From Planctomycetota bacterium (GTDB lineage Bacteria; Planctomycetota; UBA1135; JAKEFM01): a DNA stretch of 64,000 nucleotides. The stretch covers positions 5,504-69,503 of the forward strand of contig JAKEFM010000240.1 in the NCBI GenBank assembly GCA_022616055.1, read 5' to 3'. The notes beneath the pieces were generated by a model that was not told where the DNA came from, made no database searches, and saw only the letters and a list, made by a program, of their open reading frames with translations. Within the stretch, counting starts at the first letter, position 1. Each line of letters starts with the position of its first letter. Below, piece by piece: positions 17,707 to 25,967 of this stretch. Made by a program: the position numbers and the translations under genes.

Positions 17707-18525
17707 ATGCCCGCGACCGTCCCGCGCCGGGAGACGCGCGCCGTCGTCTCCTTCGAGTCGATCGCGGCCGACTGCTTCCGGATCGGCGTCGAGTACCCGC
17801 ACCCCTCCGAGTCGGTCGAGCCCGCCCAGTTCTTCATGCTCCGCCGGACCGACGGCGAGGGGCCTCTCCTGCCGCGCCCCTTCAGCCTCGAGCGGCTGAG
17901 GGACGGCGTCCTCTCCTTCCTCGTCAAGGTCTTCGGCCGCGGCTCGCGCGCCCTCGCGGCGGTCCGCCGCGGGGAGTCCCTCGACCTCGTCGGGCCGCTC
18001 GGCCACGGCTTCGCCCCCGTCCGCCGCGAGGAAGGGGTCGCCATGGTCGCGGGCGGGATCGGGATCGCGCCGTTCGCGCACCTGATCGAGCGCGCCCTCG
18101 GGGCGGGGGTCCCCGCCGCGTCGATGACCCTCGTCTTCGGCTCGGCGAACGCCGCCTCCCTCTACGCGCTCCCCCTCTACGAGTCGTACGGGACCCGCCT
18201 CGTCCTCGCCACGGACGACGGCTCGCGCGGATTCCGCGGGAACGCGGTCGCCTGCTACGGCGCCGAGCTCCAGGCGGGGCGCCTCGACCCCCGCACGCCG
18301 GTGCTCGCCTGCGGCCCCGATCGGATGCTCCACGCCTTCGCTCGGTTCGCGCGCGAGCGCGGGCTCGCGGCCTCCCTCTCGGTCGAGACGTTCATGGCCT
18401 GCGGGATCGGGATCTGCAACGGCTGCTCGGTCCCCGTCGAGCCGGCCCGCTTCGGAGGCTGGCCCTACGCGAAGGCCTGCCGCGAGGGGCCCGTGCTCGC
18501 GGCGGCCGACCTCCGGGGGCCGTAG
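17707..18525 (+). CDS. pyrK: dihydroorotate dehydrogenase electron-transfer subunit
   Basis: FAD/NAD-binding ferredoxin-reductase fold (RPFSL, GGIGIAP) with a C-terminal 2Fe-2S Cys cluster MACGIGICNGCSV...C. Confidence 0.85.
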   Translation: MPATVPRRETRAVVSFESIAADCFRIGVEYPHPSESVEPAQFFMLRRTDGEGPLLPRPFSLERLRDGVLSFLVKVFGRGSRALAAVRRGESLDLVGPLGHGFAPVRREEGVAMVAGGIGIAPFAHLIERALGAGVPAASMTLVFGSANAASLYALPLYESYGTRLVLATDDGSRGFRGNAVACYGAELQAGRLDPRTPVLACGPDRMLHAFARFARERGLAASLSVETFMACGIGICNGCSVPVEPARFGGWPYAKACREGPVLAAADLRGP

Positions 18526-18529
18526 GGCG

Positions 18530-18727
18530 TTGGATCGCGACCGGCGGCGACCCGGCCTCTACCTCCTCCTCGTCCTCCTCGCCGCGGCCCTCGTCTGGTG
18601 GCTCTCCCCCGAGGAGCCGTCGCGGTCCATCGAGAGGGTCCCGCGGCCCGCCTCCCGTCCATCCCCTCCCGCGGACGCCCGTCTCGTCGCGCCGGAGACC
18701 CGCCCCTCGGAGCCGGGGCCCCGCTAG
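18530..18727 (+). CDS. possible small single-pass membrane protein
   Basis: TTG start 4 nt after the pyrK stop. Positive-inside N-terminus (DRDRRRPG) followed by TM LYLLLVLLAAALVWWL. Third codon positions are GC-rich, like real genes here. No homology recognised. Confidence 0.35.
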   Translation: MDRDRRRPGLYLLLVLLAAALVWWLSPEEPSRSIERVPRPASRPSPPADARLVAPETRPSEPGPR

Positions 18728-20659
18728 CTACCCCCCGCGGCGGATGTAGTCGAGCGCGTCGCGCACGAGGGGCGCGTCGGGGTGGTTCGGATCGATCGCA
18801 AGTGCCCGCTCGTAGTACCGGGCCGAGCCCGGCCGGTCGTTGAGGTGGTAGAGGACCTGGCCGAGGCGGAGCGCCGCGGCGAAGTGGTTCGGGTTGATCT
18901 CGAGCGCCCGGTGGAACGCCTCCGCCGCCTTCCGGAAGGCCCCGCGCTCCTGGTAGACGACGCCGAGGTTGAAGCGCGCGCGCTCGTCCCCCGGGTTGAG
19001 GCGGATCGCCGCGCCGAACTCGTCCTCCGCCGATCCGAAGTCCCGCCGGGCGAGGGCGCAGGCGCCGAGCCCGGAGTGGACCTCGGCCGCCTCGATCCCC
19101 CGCTGCCGCTGCCACTCGAGGGTCTTGCGGAAGATCGGCTCGGCGACGTCGAGGGCTCCCTCGGCGAGGTAGGTCCAGGCTTGCCCGAGGTTCGCCTGCG
19201 TCCAGTCCTCGAGGGAGACGTGCCAGCGCGAGGGGTCGACGTCGAGGGCCGCCTCGAACTCGGCGCGCGCCGCGCCCCAGAGGGCCGCCGCGCGGTCCGG
19301 ATCCCGCTCCCTCCCCGCCTGGTCCGCGTAGACGCGGCCGAGGCTCCAGCGCACGGTCGCCGACTCGGGCGAGGCCGCCCGCGCCGCCTCGAAGAACGCG
19401 CGCTCGTCCCGGAAGTCCCGGTTCCGGAGGATGGTCCGCGAGCCGAGGAAGGCCGAGGCGGCGAGGAGCGCGCCGGCGCCGATCGCCCGCCGGAGGCCCG
19501 GGGAGGGGAGGAAGGAGAGGAGCCTCGCCGCGAGGGCCGCGACCGCGAGGCAGAACCCGAGTGAGGGGACGTAGGCGAAGCGCTCCGAGAGGAGGAACTG
19601 GCCGATCGACTCCGGGCGCACGACCACGGGAAGGGTCGCGACCGCGAACCAGAGGGCCCCCCCGAGGACGCCCGGCCCGGCCCGCCGCGCGCGGGTCAGG
19701 GCGAAGGCGTAGGCGAGGAGGACGGCGATCGGGACGAGGACGGCGGCGTCGGTCGGCCGGCGGTCGAGGCGCAGGACGATGAAGGCGTTCGGTTCGAGCG
19801 GGACCGCGAGCCTCGAGAGGTAGCCCGCGAAGAGCTCGAACGGCAGCGTCCAGGTCCTCCAGGGAGCCTGCGCCTCGAGGAAGAGGTGGGTCGGCTGCCG
19901 GTCGAACCCTCCCCGCCAGTCGCCGTACGCGTGGATGCGCAGCCCGAGGTAGGCGGCGTACCCGAGCACGAAGGGGAGGTAGCGCGAGAGGGGGCGGAAC
20001 CGGGAGAACCGCCCCTCCGCCGCGGACGGGACCGGGAAGGCCGCGTCGAGGGCGAGGGCGAGCGGGAGGAGGGAGAGCGCCATCTCCTTGCCCGCGAGGG
20101 CGAGGAGGGAGAGGGGAGCGACGGACCAGGGGATCCCCCTCGCCCCCCGGTCTCGCCAGCGCAGGTAGGCGAGGAGGGAGGCGAAGAGGAAGACGGCGCA
20201 CGAGACGTCGGAGATCCCCGAGATCCAGGTGACGCTCTCGGCGTGGATCGGATGGGTCGCGAACAGGAGCGCGGCGGCGAAGGCGACCGCGTCGCTGCGC
20301 GCGAGGCGCCGCGCGAGGAGGAAGCCGAGGGCGCACGCGGAGGCGTGGAGGACGACGGCGACGAGGTGGTAGCCCCAGGGCTCGGGCCCCGAGATCTGCC
20401 ACCCCGCCGTCAGGAGCACGGTGACGAGCGGCCGGTAGAACCCGATCTGCTTCGACCAGTTCGGATTCGCGACGTCCCAGAACCCCCGCGTCAGCGCGTG
20501 GGGGAGATTCGCGGGGTCGCGTATCTCGGCGTTGCGCTCGACGAGGAGGAGGTCGTCGTAGACGAATCCCGCCCCCCGGACGGCCGGGCCGTACGAGGTC
20601 GCGACCGCGGCGAGGATCGCGGCGAGCGCGAGCGGGGCGCGCAGGCGGACGGGGATCAC
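18728..20659 (-). CDS. GT-C fold membrane glycosyltransferase (PMT_2/DUF1736, TMTC-like) with C-terminal TPR repeats
   Basis: About 11 predicted TM segments. Loop motif FATHPIHAESVTWISGISD. The C-terminal ~220 aa are canonical TPRs (AWTYLAEG..., LGVVYQERGAFRKAAEAFHRALEINP). Confidence 0.8.
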   Translation of the reverse strand: MIPVRLRAPLALAAILAAVATSYGPAVRGAGFVYDDLLLVERNAEIRDPANLPHALTRGFWDVANPNWSKQIGFYRPLVTVLLTAGWQISGPEPWGYHLVAVVLHASACALGFLLARRLARSDAVAFAAALLFATHPIHAESVTWISGISDVSCAVFLFASLLAYLRWRDRGARGIPWSVAPLSLLALAGKEMALSLLPLALALDAAFPVPSAAEGRFSRFRPLSRYLPFVLGYAAYLGLRIHAYGDWRGGFDRQPTHLFLEAQAPWRTWTLPFELFAGYLSRLAVPLEPNAFIVLRLDRRPTDAAVLVPIAVLLAYAFALTRARRAGPGVLGGALWFAVATLPVVVRPESIGQFLLSERFAYVPSLGFCLAVAALAARLLSFLPSPGLRRAIGAGALLAASAFLGSRTILRNRDFRDERAFFEAARAASPESATVRWSLGRVYADQAGRERDPDRAAALWGAARAEFEAALDVDPSRWHVSLEDWTQANLGQAWTYLAEGALDVAEPIFRKTLEWQRQRGIEAAEVHSGLGACALARRDFGSAEDEFGAAIRLNPGDERARFNLGVVYQERGAFRKAAEAFHRALEINPNHFAAALRLGQVLYHLNDRPGSARYYERALAIDPNHPDAPLVRDALDYIRRGG

Positions 20660-20702
20660 GCCCCGGCCGCTGGCCGCGCGGAGCGGATCGAGCCCGGCGC
20701 GG

Positions 20703-22433
20703 CTACTGGACGGTCACCGACCGAACCGGCGTCGTCGGGAAGGGGACCGTCGCGAAGTCGAAGGCGACCCCCTGGAAGTAGACCGTCGCGCCGGGCGGCG
20801 CGGGGGGGATCGTCGCGGAGAACTCGCTCACCCCCGCCGCGTTCGGCGGCGGCGTGGGGAAGGAGTGGATATCGGAGAAGTTGTTGCCGATCCCGAGGGA
20901 GATGATGCCCGGGAGCACCGAGGGGAGGTTCGAGCTGCTCCACGCGATCACGTGGGCGAAGCCGAGCGGGGTCGCCATCCGGCAGGTGAAGGTCTGCCCC
21001 ACGAGCTGGATCGGCGGGCCCGTGTCGAGCTCGGGGGCCGTCACGGCGACGACGGAGAAGGTCGAGGGGCAGGAGGGTCCCCCGGCCGTCGAGATCGTGA
21101 CCGCCTTCGACCCGAGGGTCGAGAAGAGGGGGAGCGGGAAGTGGACCTGGATGTCGTTGTCGACGACGAAGTCGCCCGTGTCGAGCGTCACCCCCCCGAC
21201 GTCGATCGACGTCAGGGTGGAGTACTGCGCGGGGGAGACGCAGGCCGGTCCCCCCGGGACGCATCCCATCGTCGCGGCGCCGGCCGGCGCGACGACCGTC
21301 ACCTCCGTCATCGGGACGGAGAGGACGGGGACGGAGTTCGGGGCGATCGTGCCGATGCACTGGGCGCAGGGGGCGCCGTTCCCCCCGCTCGTGAAGTGGA
21401 CCGGGAACCCGTTCGAGAGGGTGCTCCCGCCCGTGGAGGTGCCGACCTTCACGAAGAGGTCCCCGTCGACGACGTTGCAGGGGGGGACGACGGTGATCTG
21501 GGTGCCCCCCGCCGCGGAGGCGAGGTTCGTCACCTTGACGATCGCCGCGCCCACGGCGTTCGTCCCCGGCGCCTGCGCCCCTCCCGGGTTGAACCAGACC
21601 TCGTTCCCCGTCGCGGCGAAGTTCAACCCGTTGACGACCATCGGGAGCTGGGCGGAGATCGCCCCCACCGGCTGGAGGCCGAGGATCTTCGGCTTGACCG
21701 GGGACCGGAAGCCGTAGACGAGCTGCAGCCCGGTCTTGTCGTCCGCCTGGATCGAGCGCCGGTCGACCGTCGGGGGTCCCGACTGGATCGTCCCGTACAT
21801 CGTCTGGATCGGGTTCGTCGGCGGCGTGGGAGGGACGACGAGCCCCAGCCCGAGGGCGAGGCCGAGCTGGATCGTCGCCATCCCCTGGATGTCGAACCGG
21901 GGGTCGAACGGAGGCAGGGTCCCGACCCCGTCGAACCACAGGAACTCCGGGCTGAAGCGGATCCGCCAGCCGGTGCCGTCGGGCCCCGGGCCCGGACCCT
22001 CGATGATCGCGGGCACGCCCGCCGTCGGCAGGGGGACGAGCGAGTAGGAGATGATCCGGTCGGCGAGGGCCCCCTCCCCCGTCGCCGTTCCGGCCCAGAC
22101 GAAGTCGAAGTTCGCCTCGCCCGACCCGAGGGAGTCGGGGAAGGGGGGCTGCGTCGGGTCGCCGAGCCCGGCGCCGTTGTGGGGCCAGGAGGCCCACTCC
22201 GTCGCCGCCTTCCAGCAGGCGAGGACGGGGCCCACCGCCCCGGGGAAGTTGACGAGGTCCTGCGTGAAGTTCGTGTTCGCGTCCGGCGGCCAAGTGTTCC
22301 GGACTCGGAAGTCGCGGACGGTCGTGTTGAGGGAGAACCCGGCGAGCGTGTACCCCGTGGAGGTCGTCGGGAGCGAGAGGAGCCACGCGCCCGCGAGGGC
22401 CGCGGTCGTGAGGAGGAGGCGGGAGGTTCGCAT
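20703..22433 (-). CDS. secreted protein: degenerate (catalytically dead) matrixin-like domain plus IPT/TIG domains
   Basis: Signal peptide MRTSRLLLTTAALAGAWLL. ATIQLGLALGLGL...QTMYG...ADDKTGLQLVYG aligns with the metzincin HEXXHXXGXXH / Met-turn region, but with the His and Glu residues replaced. Two IPT-like modules (PKILGLQPVGAISAQLPMVVNGLNF...). Confidence 0.8.
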   Translation of the reverse strand: MRTSRLLLTTAALAGAWLLSLPTTSTGYTLAGFSLNTTVRDFRVRNTWPPDANTNFTQDLVNFPGAVGPVLACWKAATEWASWPHNGAGLGDPTQPPFPDSLGSGEANFDFVWAGTATGEGALADRIISYSLVPLPTAGVPAIIEGPGPGPDGTGWRIRFSPEFLWFDGVGTLPPFDPRFDIQGMATIQLGLALGLGLVVPPTPPTNPIQTMYGTIQSGPPTVDRRSIQADDKTGLQLVYGFRSPVKPKILGLQPVGAISAQLPMVVNGLNFAATGNEVWFNPGGAQAPGTNAVGAAIVKVTNLASAAGGTQITVVPPCNVVDGDLFVKVGTSTGGSTLSNGFPVHFTSGGNGAPCAQCIGTIAPNSVPVLSVPMTEVTVVAPAGAATMGCVPGGPACVSPAQYSTLTSIDVGGVTLDTGDFVVDNDIQVHFPLPLFSTLGSKAVTISTAGGPSCPSTFSVVAVTAPELDTGPPIQLVGQTFTCRMATPLGFAHVIAWSSSNLPSVLPGIISLGIGNNFSDIHSFPTPPPNAAGVSEFSATIPPAPPGATVYFQGVAFDFATVPFPTTPVRSVTVQ

Positions 22434-22442
22434 GACGGACTC

Positions 22443-22991
22443 CTAGGGACGCTGCTCGGCCCCGGCGGCGCGGATGGCGGAGATGCGCTCCCGCAGGTCG
22501 GCGACTCGGACGTTCTTCTCGACCGCGAACCCCTCCCCGCGACCGAGGACGACGTCTCCCCTCGGCCCCCCCTCCACGCGGAAGAGGCCCCCGAACCCGG
22601 CGTAGAGGCTGTTGTAGTCCATCCCCTCGGCCGTCCGGCACGACTTCGAGAAGACGAGGGCTCGGGTGCCCACCCGGGTCTCCCGCGAGCTCGGGGATTC
22701 CGCGCACCAGGACTCCTTGTCCCGCGTGCGCCCCCCGAGGAAGGTGACGACGATCTCCTCCTCCCGTCCCGTGTAGAGGTTCTCCCCCCGCACCGTCACG
22801 CGCGTGACGATCTCGGAGACCCCGTTCATCGTCACCTCGGCCCCCGTCACGTCGACGATCGTCCCGGCGACGGCGGCGTTGGTCTTCCCGACCATCTTCG
22901 GGAGGTCGAGCCACTCGACCACGCGCGCGGAGGCGGCGGGGGCGAGGACGAGGAGAGGGAGGAGGGGGACGAACCGACGAAGCGGGAGCAT
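22443..22991 (-). CDS. secreted hypothetical protein
   Basis: ATG 22991 is preceded by GGAG. Signal peptide MLPLRRFVPLLPLLVLAPAASA. 9-nt gap to the downstream gene. No family recognised. Confidence 0.6.
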   Translation of the reverse strand: MLPLRRFVPLLPLLVLAPAASARVVEWLDLPKMVGKTNAAVAGTIVDVTGAEVTMNGVSEIVTRVTVRGENLYTGREEEIVVTFLGGRTRDKESWCAESPSSRETRVGTRALVFSKSCRTAEGMDYNSLYAGFGGLFRVEGGPRGDVVLGRGEGFAVEKNVRVADLRERISAIRAAGAEQRP

Positions 22992-23184
22992 CCGGTAGAT
23001 CTCCGCGCGGGGGGAAGCGGCGGGCATGGGCAAGTCGCGTTGCGAAGGAAGGATAGCCGTCATCGAAAGAGCCTGTCCAGCCGAAGGGCCACTCGAAGGA
23101 ATCGGGGCTCACGAGGTTAGCCTCGTCCGGGGGGGCGGTAACCGGGCCATCCGTCCCCGCCGTTATGCTCGGGGCCTTCGAGGG

Positions 23185-24213
23185 ATGCGTCCTCTCCCCG
23201 CCGCCGCCATCCTGCTCGCCGCCTGTCACGCCGCCTCCCCTGGGGGCGGACTCCCCGCGGAGGCAGCGGGGAGACCGGGCCCACTGGACGTCTCCCCCAT
23301 GCCCCCCTGGACCCGTCACCTCGAGGGGGTGAGGGTCGCGATCGACCCGGGCCACGGCGGCGACGCCGACCGCCCCGGGTACAAGCGGGGCCCGACGGGC
23401 GTCCGGGAGGCCGAGGCAAACCTGCGCGTGGCCCTCGCGCTCGCGGAGATGCTCGAGGCGGCCGGCGCGATCCCCGTGCTGACCCGCCGCGAGGACCGCG
23501 ACGTCCCTCTCGCCGAGCGGGCCCGGATCGCGGAGCGGGAGGCGTGCGACCTCTTCCTCTCGATCCACCACAACGCGATCTCGGACCCCTCGAGGAACTT
23601 CGGCACCGTCTGGGTGCACGCGGATCCCGACCACTCCCCCGCCTCCCTCGACCTCGCCTGGTCGATCCACCGGGAGGTCAACCGCATCCTCGACCTTCCG
23701 CAGTCGGTCCCCTGTCCGATCCTCTCCGATCGGCTCATGGTCGAGCGGGGCTTCGCCGTCCTCCGGGAGGCGAGCATGCCGGCGGTCCTCTCGGAGGCCT
23801 CGTTCCACACGAATCCGGAGGAGGAGCGCCGCCTCTCCGACCCCGAGTACAACCGCCGCGAGGCCTACGGCCACTTCCTCGGCCTCGCCCGCCACGCGGA
23901 GGGAGGCTTCCCGCGGGCGGCGCTCCTCGCGTCCCGCGTCGGACGCGCCGACCCCATATTGCGGATCGCCCTCGACGACGGGCTCCAGGCCCGCAAGGGA
24001 TGGGGGAGCGAGCGCCCCCGGATCCTCGCGGGGTCGATCTCGGTCCGGATCGACGGTCTTCCCGTCCGGCACCTCTACGACGGGGCCTCCGGCCGCGTCG
24101 CCGTCGACGCCTCGGGGCTCGGCGCCGGGGTCCACTCCCTCGACCTCCGGTTCGAGAACGTCTTCAAGCACTCGAACCACCCGACGCGGTTCGAGTTCGA
24201 GGTCGCCCCGTAG
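23185..24213 (+). CDS. N-acetylmuramoyl-L-alanine amidase (Amidase_3 family) lipoprotein
   Basis: ATG 23185. Lipobox LLAAC. Motifs VAIDPGHGG, E..NL..AL, FLSIHHNA, SEASFHTNPEE. Extra C-terminal ~100 aa of unknown function. Confidence 0.85.
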   Translation: MRPLPAAAILLAACHAASPGGGLPAEAAGRPGPLDVSPMPPWTRHLEGVRVAIDPGHGGDADRPGYKRGPTGVREAEANLRVALALAEMLEAAGAIPVLTRREDRDVPLAERARIAEREACDLFLSIHHNAISDPSRNFGTVWVHADPDHSPASLDLAWSIHREVNRILDLPQSVPCPILSDRLMVERGFAVLREASMPAVLSEASFHTNPEEERRLSDPEYNRREAYGHFLGLARHAEGGFPRAALLASRVGRADPILRIALDDGLQARKGWGSERPRILAGSISVRIDGLPVRHLYDGASGRVAVDASGLGAGVHSLDLRFENVFKHSNHPTRFEFEVAP

Positions 24214-24229
24214 AGGGCGCTCGCGCGGG

Positions 24230-25849
24230 TCAGGGGCCGGTGCGGCGCTCGACCTTCCCGGGCGGATCGGCGTGCTCGAGGTCGTTGCGCTTGAAGGTGA
24301 AGAGCCAGACCTCGGTCTCCCCCTCCCGCGCGAGCACGCTCATCGGGACGTAGCCTTCGCGGAACTCCGCGGAGGCGAGGACGAGGGCCCCGACCGCCGA
24401 GCCGGGCTTGCACGTCTCCCGGTCCGCGCTCGGGACGAAGACGTAGGAGGGGCGCTCCTTGAACAGGTGGCGGAGCAGCCGCTCCTCCCAGTCGGGGCCC
24501 GCCTCGCGCGGTGTGCGCGCGACGAAGTGGTCCGTGAGGCCGTTCCAGTCGATCGCCCGTCGTCCGCTCCAGTAGGGGAGGGCGCCGGCCCCGGGGCCGA
24601 GGACCCACGCGTCGGCCGCGGCGTTCTCCGCCAGCCACTTCCCCATCCGGACGCTCGCGCACTCCTCGAAGTCCATCCGGCGGAGCGATTCCGGGCGGAT
24701 ACGGCGAAGCGAGGTCCTCCACCCGCAGGCCGCGCAGGCGAGGAGGATCCCGCCGAGGAGGGTCGTGAGGAGGACGAACTCCCTCCGGACGGTCAGGCGG
24801 GCGGAGAGGGCCGCGCGGGTGTGGTCGAGGGCGCGCACGAAGAGGAGGAAGACGAAGGGGAGGGCCGGGACGAGGAGGCGGTGGTGCCCCTCCCCCTCCC
24901 CTCCCGAGGCGAGCTGGAGGAGGAGGCGGCCGGCGATCGCGAAGAGGGCGTACCCCTTCCACGGCTCCGCTCCGGCGCCGACGAGGGCGACCGCCGCCAT
25001 TCCGGCGAGGAGGAAGCCGCCGTGCTCGTCGAGGAGGGCGAGCGCGCGGTAGGCGCCCCGGGCCGCGAGCGCGAGGGCCTCGGCCGAGGGGCGCGCGTAG
25101 AACGCGTTCGGGAGGGGTTGCCCGGTGTAGGCGAACCGGGCGGCCCAGGCTCCGCCGGCGAGGATCAGGAAGACGCCGACCGGGGCGAGGAGCGCGCGGA
25201 CCAGGGGGAGCTGGGGCTCGAGGATGCGGTTCCGGGCCAGCCCGCGCCAGGCGAGGAAGAACGGGAAGGCGAGCGCCCCGTCGGGGCGCGCGAGGGCGAG
25301 CAGCGCCGCGAGCCCCCCCCAGACGACGTCGCCGCGCCCCGTCTTCGTCGCGCGCACCGCCATGTGCGTCGTGGCGAGGAGGAGGAAGACGAACATCGGC
25401 GTCTCCGCGCCCGCCGCCGTCTCGTAGGCGAAGGCGGAGCTGGAGGCGAGGAGGAGGGGAGCGGCGAGGGCGAGCCAGCGCCCGGCGAAGGGGATCTCCC
25501 GGACGAGGACGAGGAGGGAGGCCTGCGACCCGACGTGGAAGGCGATCCCCATCGCCTTCGAGAAGGCGAGCGTCCCGATCCCGAGCTTGGCGGCGAACGC
25601 GAGGAAAGTGACCCAGAGGAAGCTCGTGTAGCCGTCGGCCCGTTCGCCCGGGTTGAAGACGAGGCCGTTCCCCTGCGCGATGTTCTCCGCGTACCGGCAG
25701 TAGGTGTAGGCGTCCGCGGAGACGACCCTCCCGTAGAGGAGGGAGTGGAAGACCCCGAGGGCGATCACCGCGGCGGCCGCGATCCACCAGGATCGCGACG
25801 CCCCGGGAGGCGCCGGGGTGCTCTCCAGGGGGGACTCGGGCTCGGACAT
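24230..25849 (-). CDS. GT-C fold integral membrane glycosyltransferase (ArnT/PMT-like)
   Basis: ATG 25849. Multiple TM helices. First periplasmic loop DAYTYCRYAENIAQGNGLVFNPGERADGYTSFLW resembles the acidic-loop region of GT-C enzymes. Soluble C-terminal ~150 aa. Confidence 0.75.
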   Translation of the reverse strand: MSEPESPLESTPAPPGASRSWWIAAAAVIALGVFHSLLYGRVVSADAYTYCRYAENIAQGNGLVFNPGERADGYTSFLWVTFLAFAAKLGIGTLAFSKAMGIAFHVGSQASLLVLVREIPFAGRWLALAAPLLLASSSAFAYETAAGAETPMFVFLLLATTHMAVRATKTGRGDVVWGGLAALLALARPDGALAFPFFLAWRGLARNRILEPQLPLVRALLAPVGVFLILAGGAWAARFAYTGQPLPNAFYARPSAEALALAARGAYRALALLDEHGGFLLAGMAAVALVGAGAEPWKGYALFAIAGRLLLQLASGGEGEGHHRLLVPALPFVFLLFVRALDHTRAALSARLTVRREFVLLTTLLGGILLACAACGWRTSLRRIRPESLRRMDFEECASVRMGKWLAENAAADAWVLGPGAGALPYWSGRRAIDWNGLTDHFVARTPREAGPDWEERLLRHLFKERPSYVFVPSADRETCKPGSAVGALVLASAEFREGYVPMSVLAREGETEVWLFTFKRNDLEHADPPGKVERRTGP

Positions 25850-25915
25850 CGTCCCCGGATATCGGCAGATCCCCTCGCCGAACCTGGGCTCTCCCTTCCC
25901 GTCGCGGGAGGGGGG

Positions 25916-25921
25916 TATACT
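25916..25921 (+). promoter_or_regulatory. candidate -10 hexamer TATACT followed by CCGCC
   Basis: GGGGGTATACTCCGCC lies 47 nt upstream of the FG-GAP gene ATG (25968). It belongs to the recurrent TAnnnT-CCGCC pattern described in the findings. Confidence 0.25.
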
Positions 25922-25967
25922 CCGCCAGGGCGGAAAAGACCGGTTCCGAGAGCACCCCGTCGGATCC

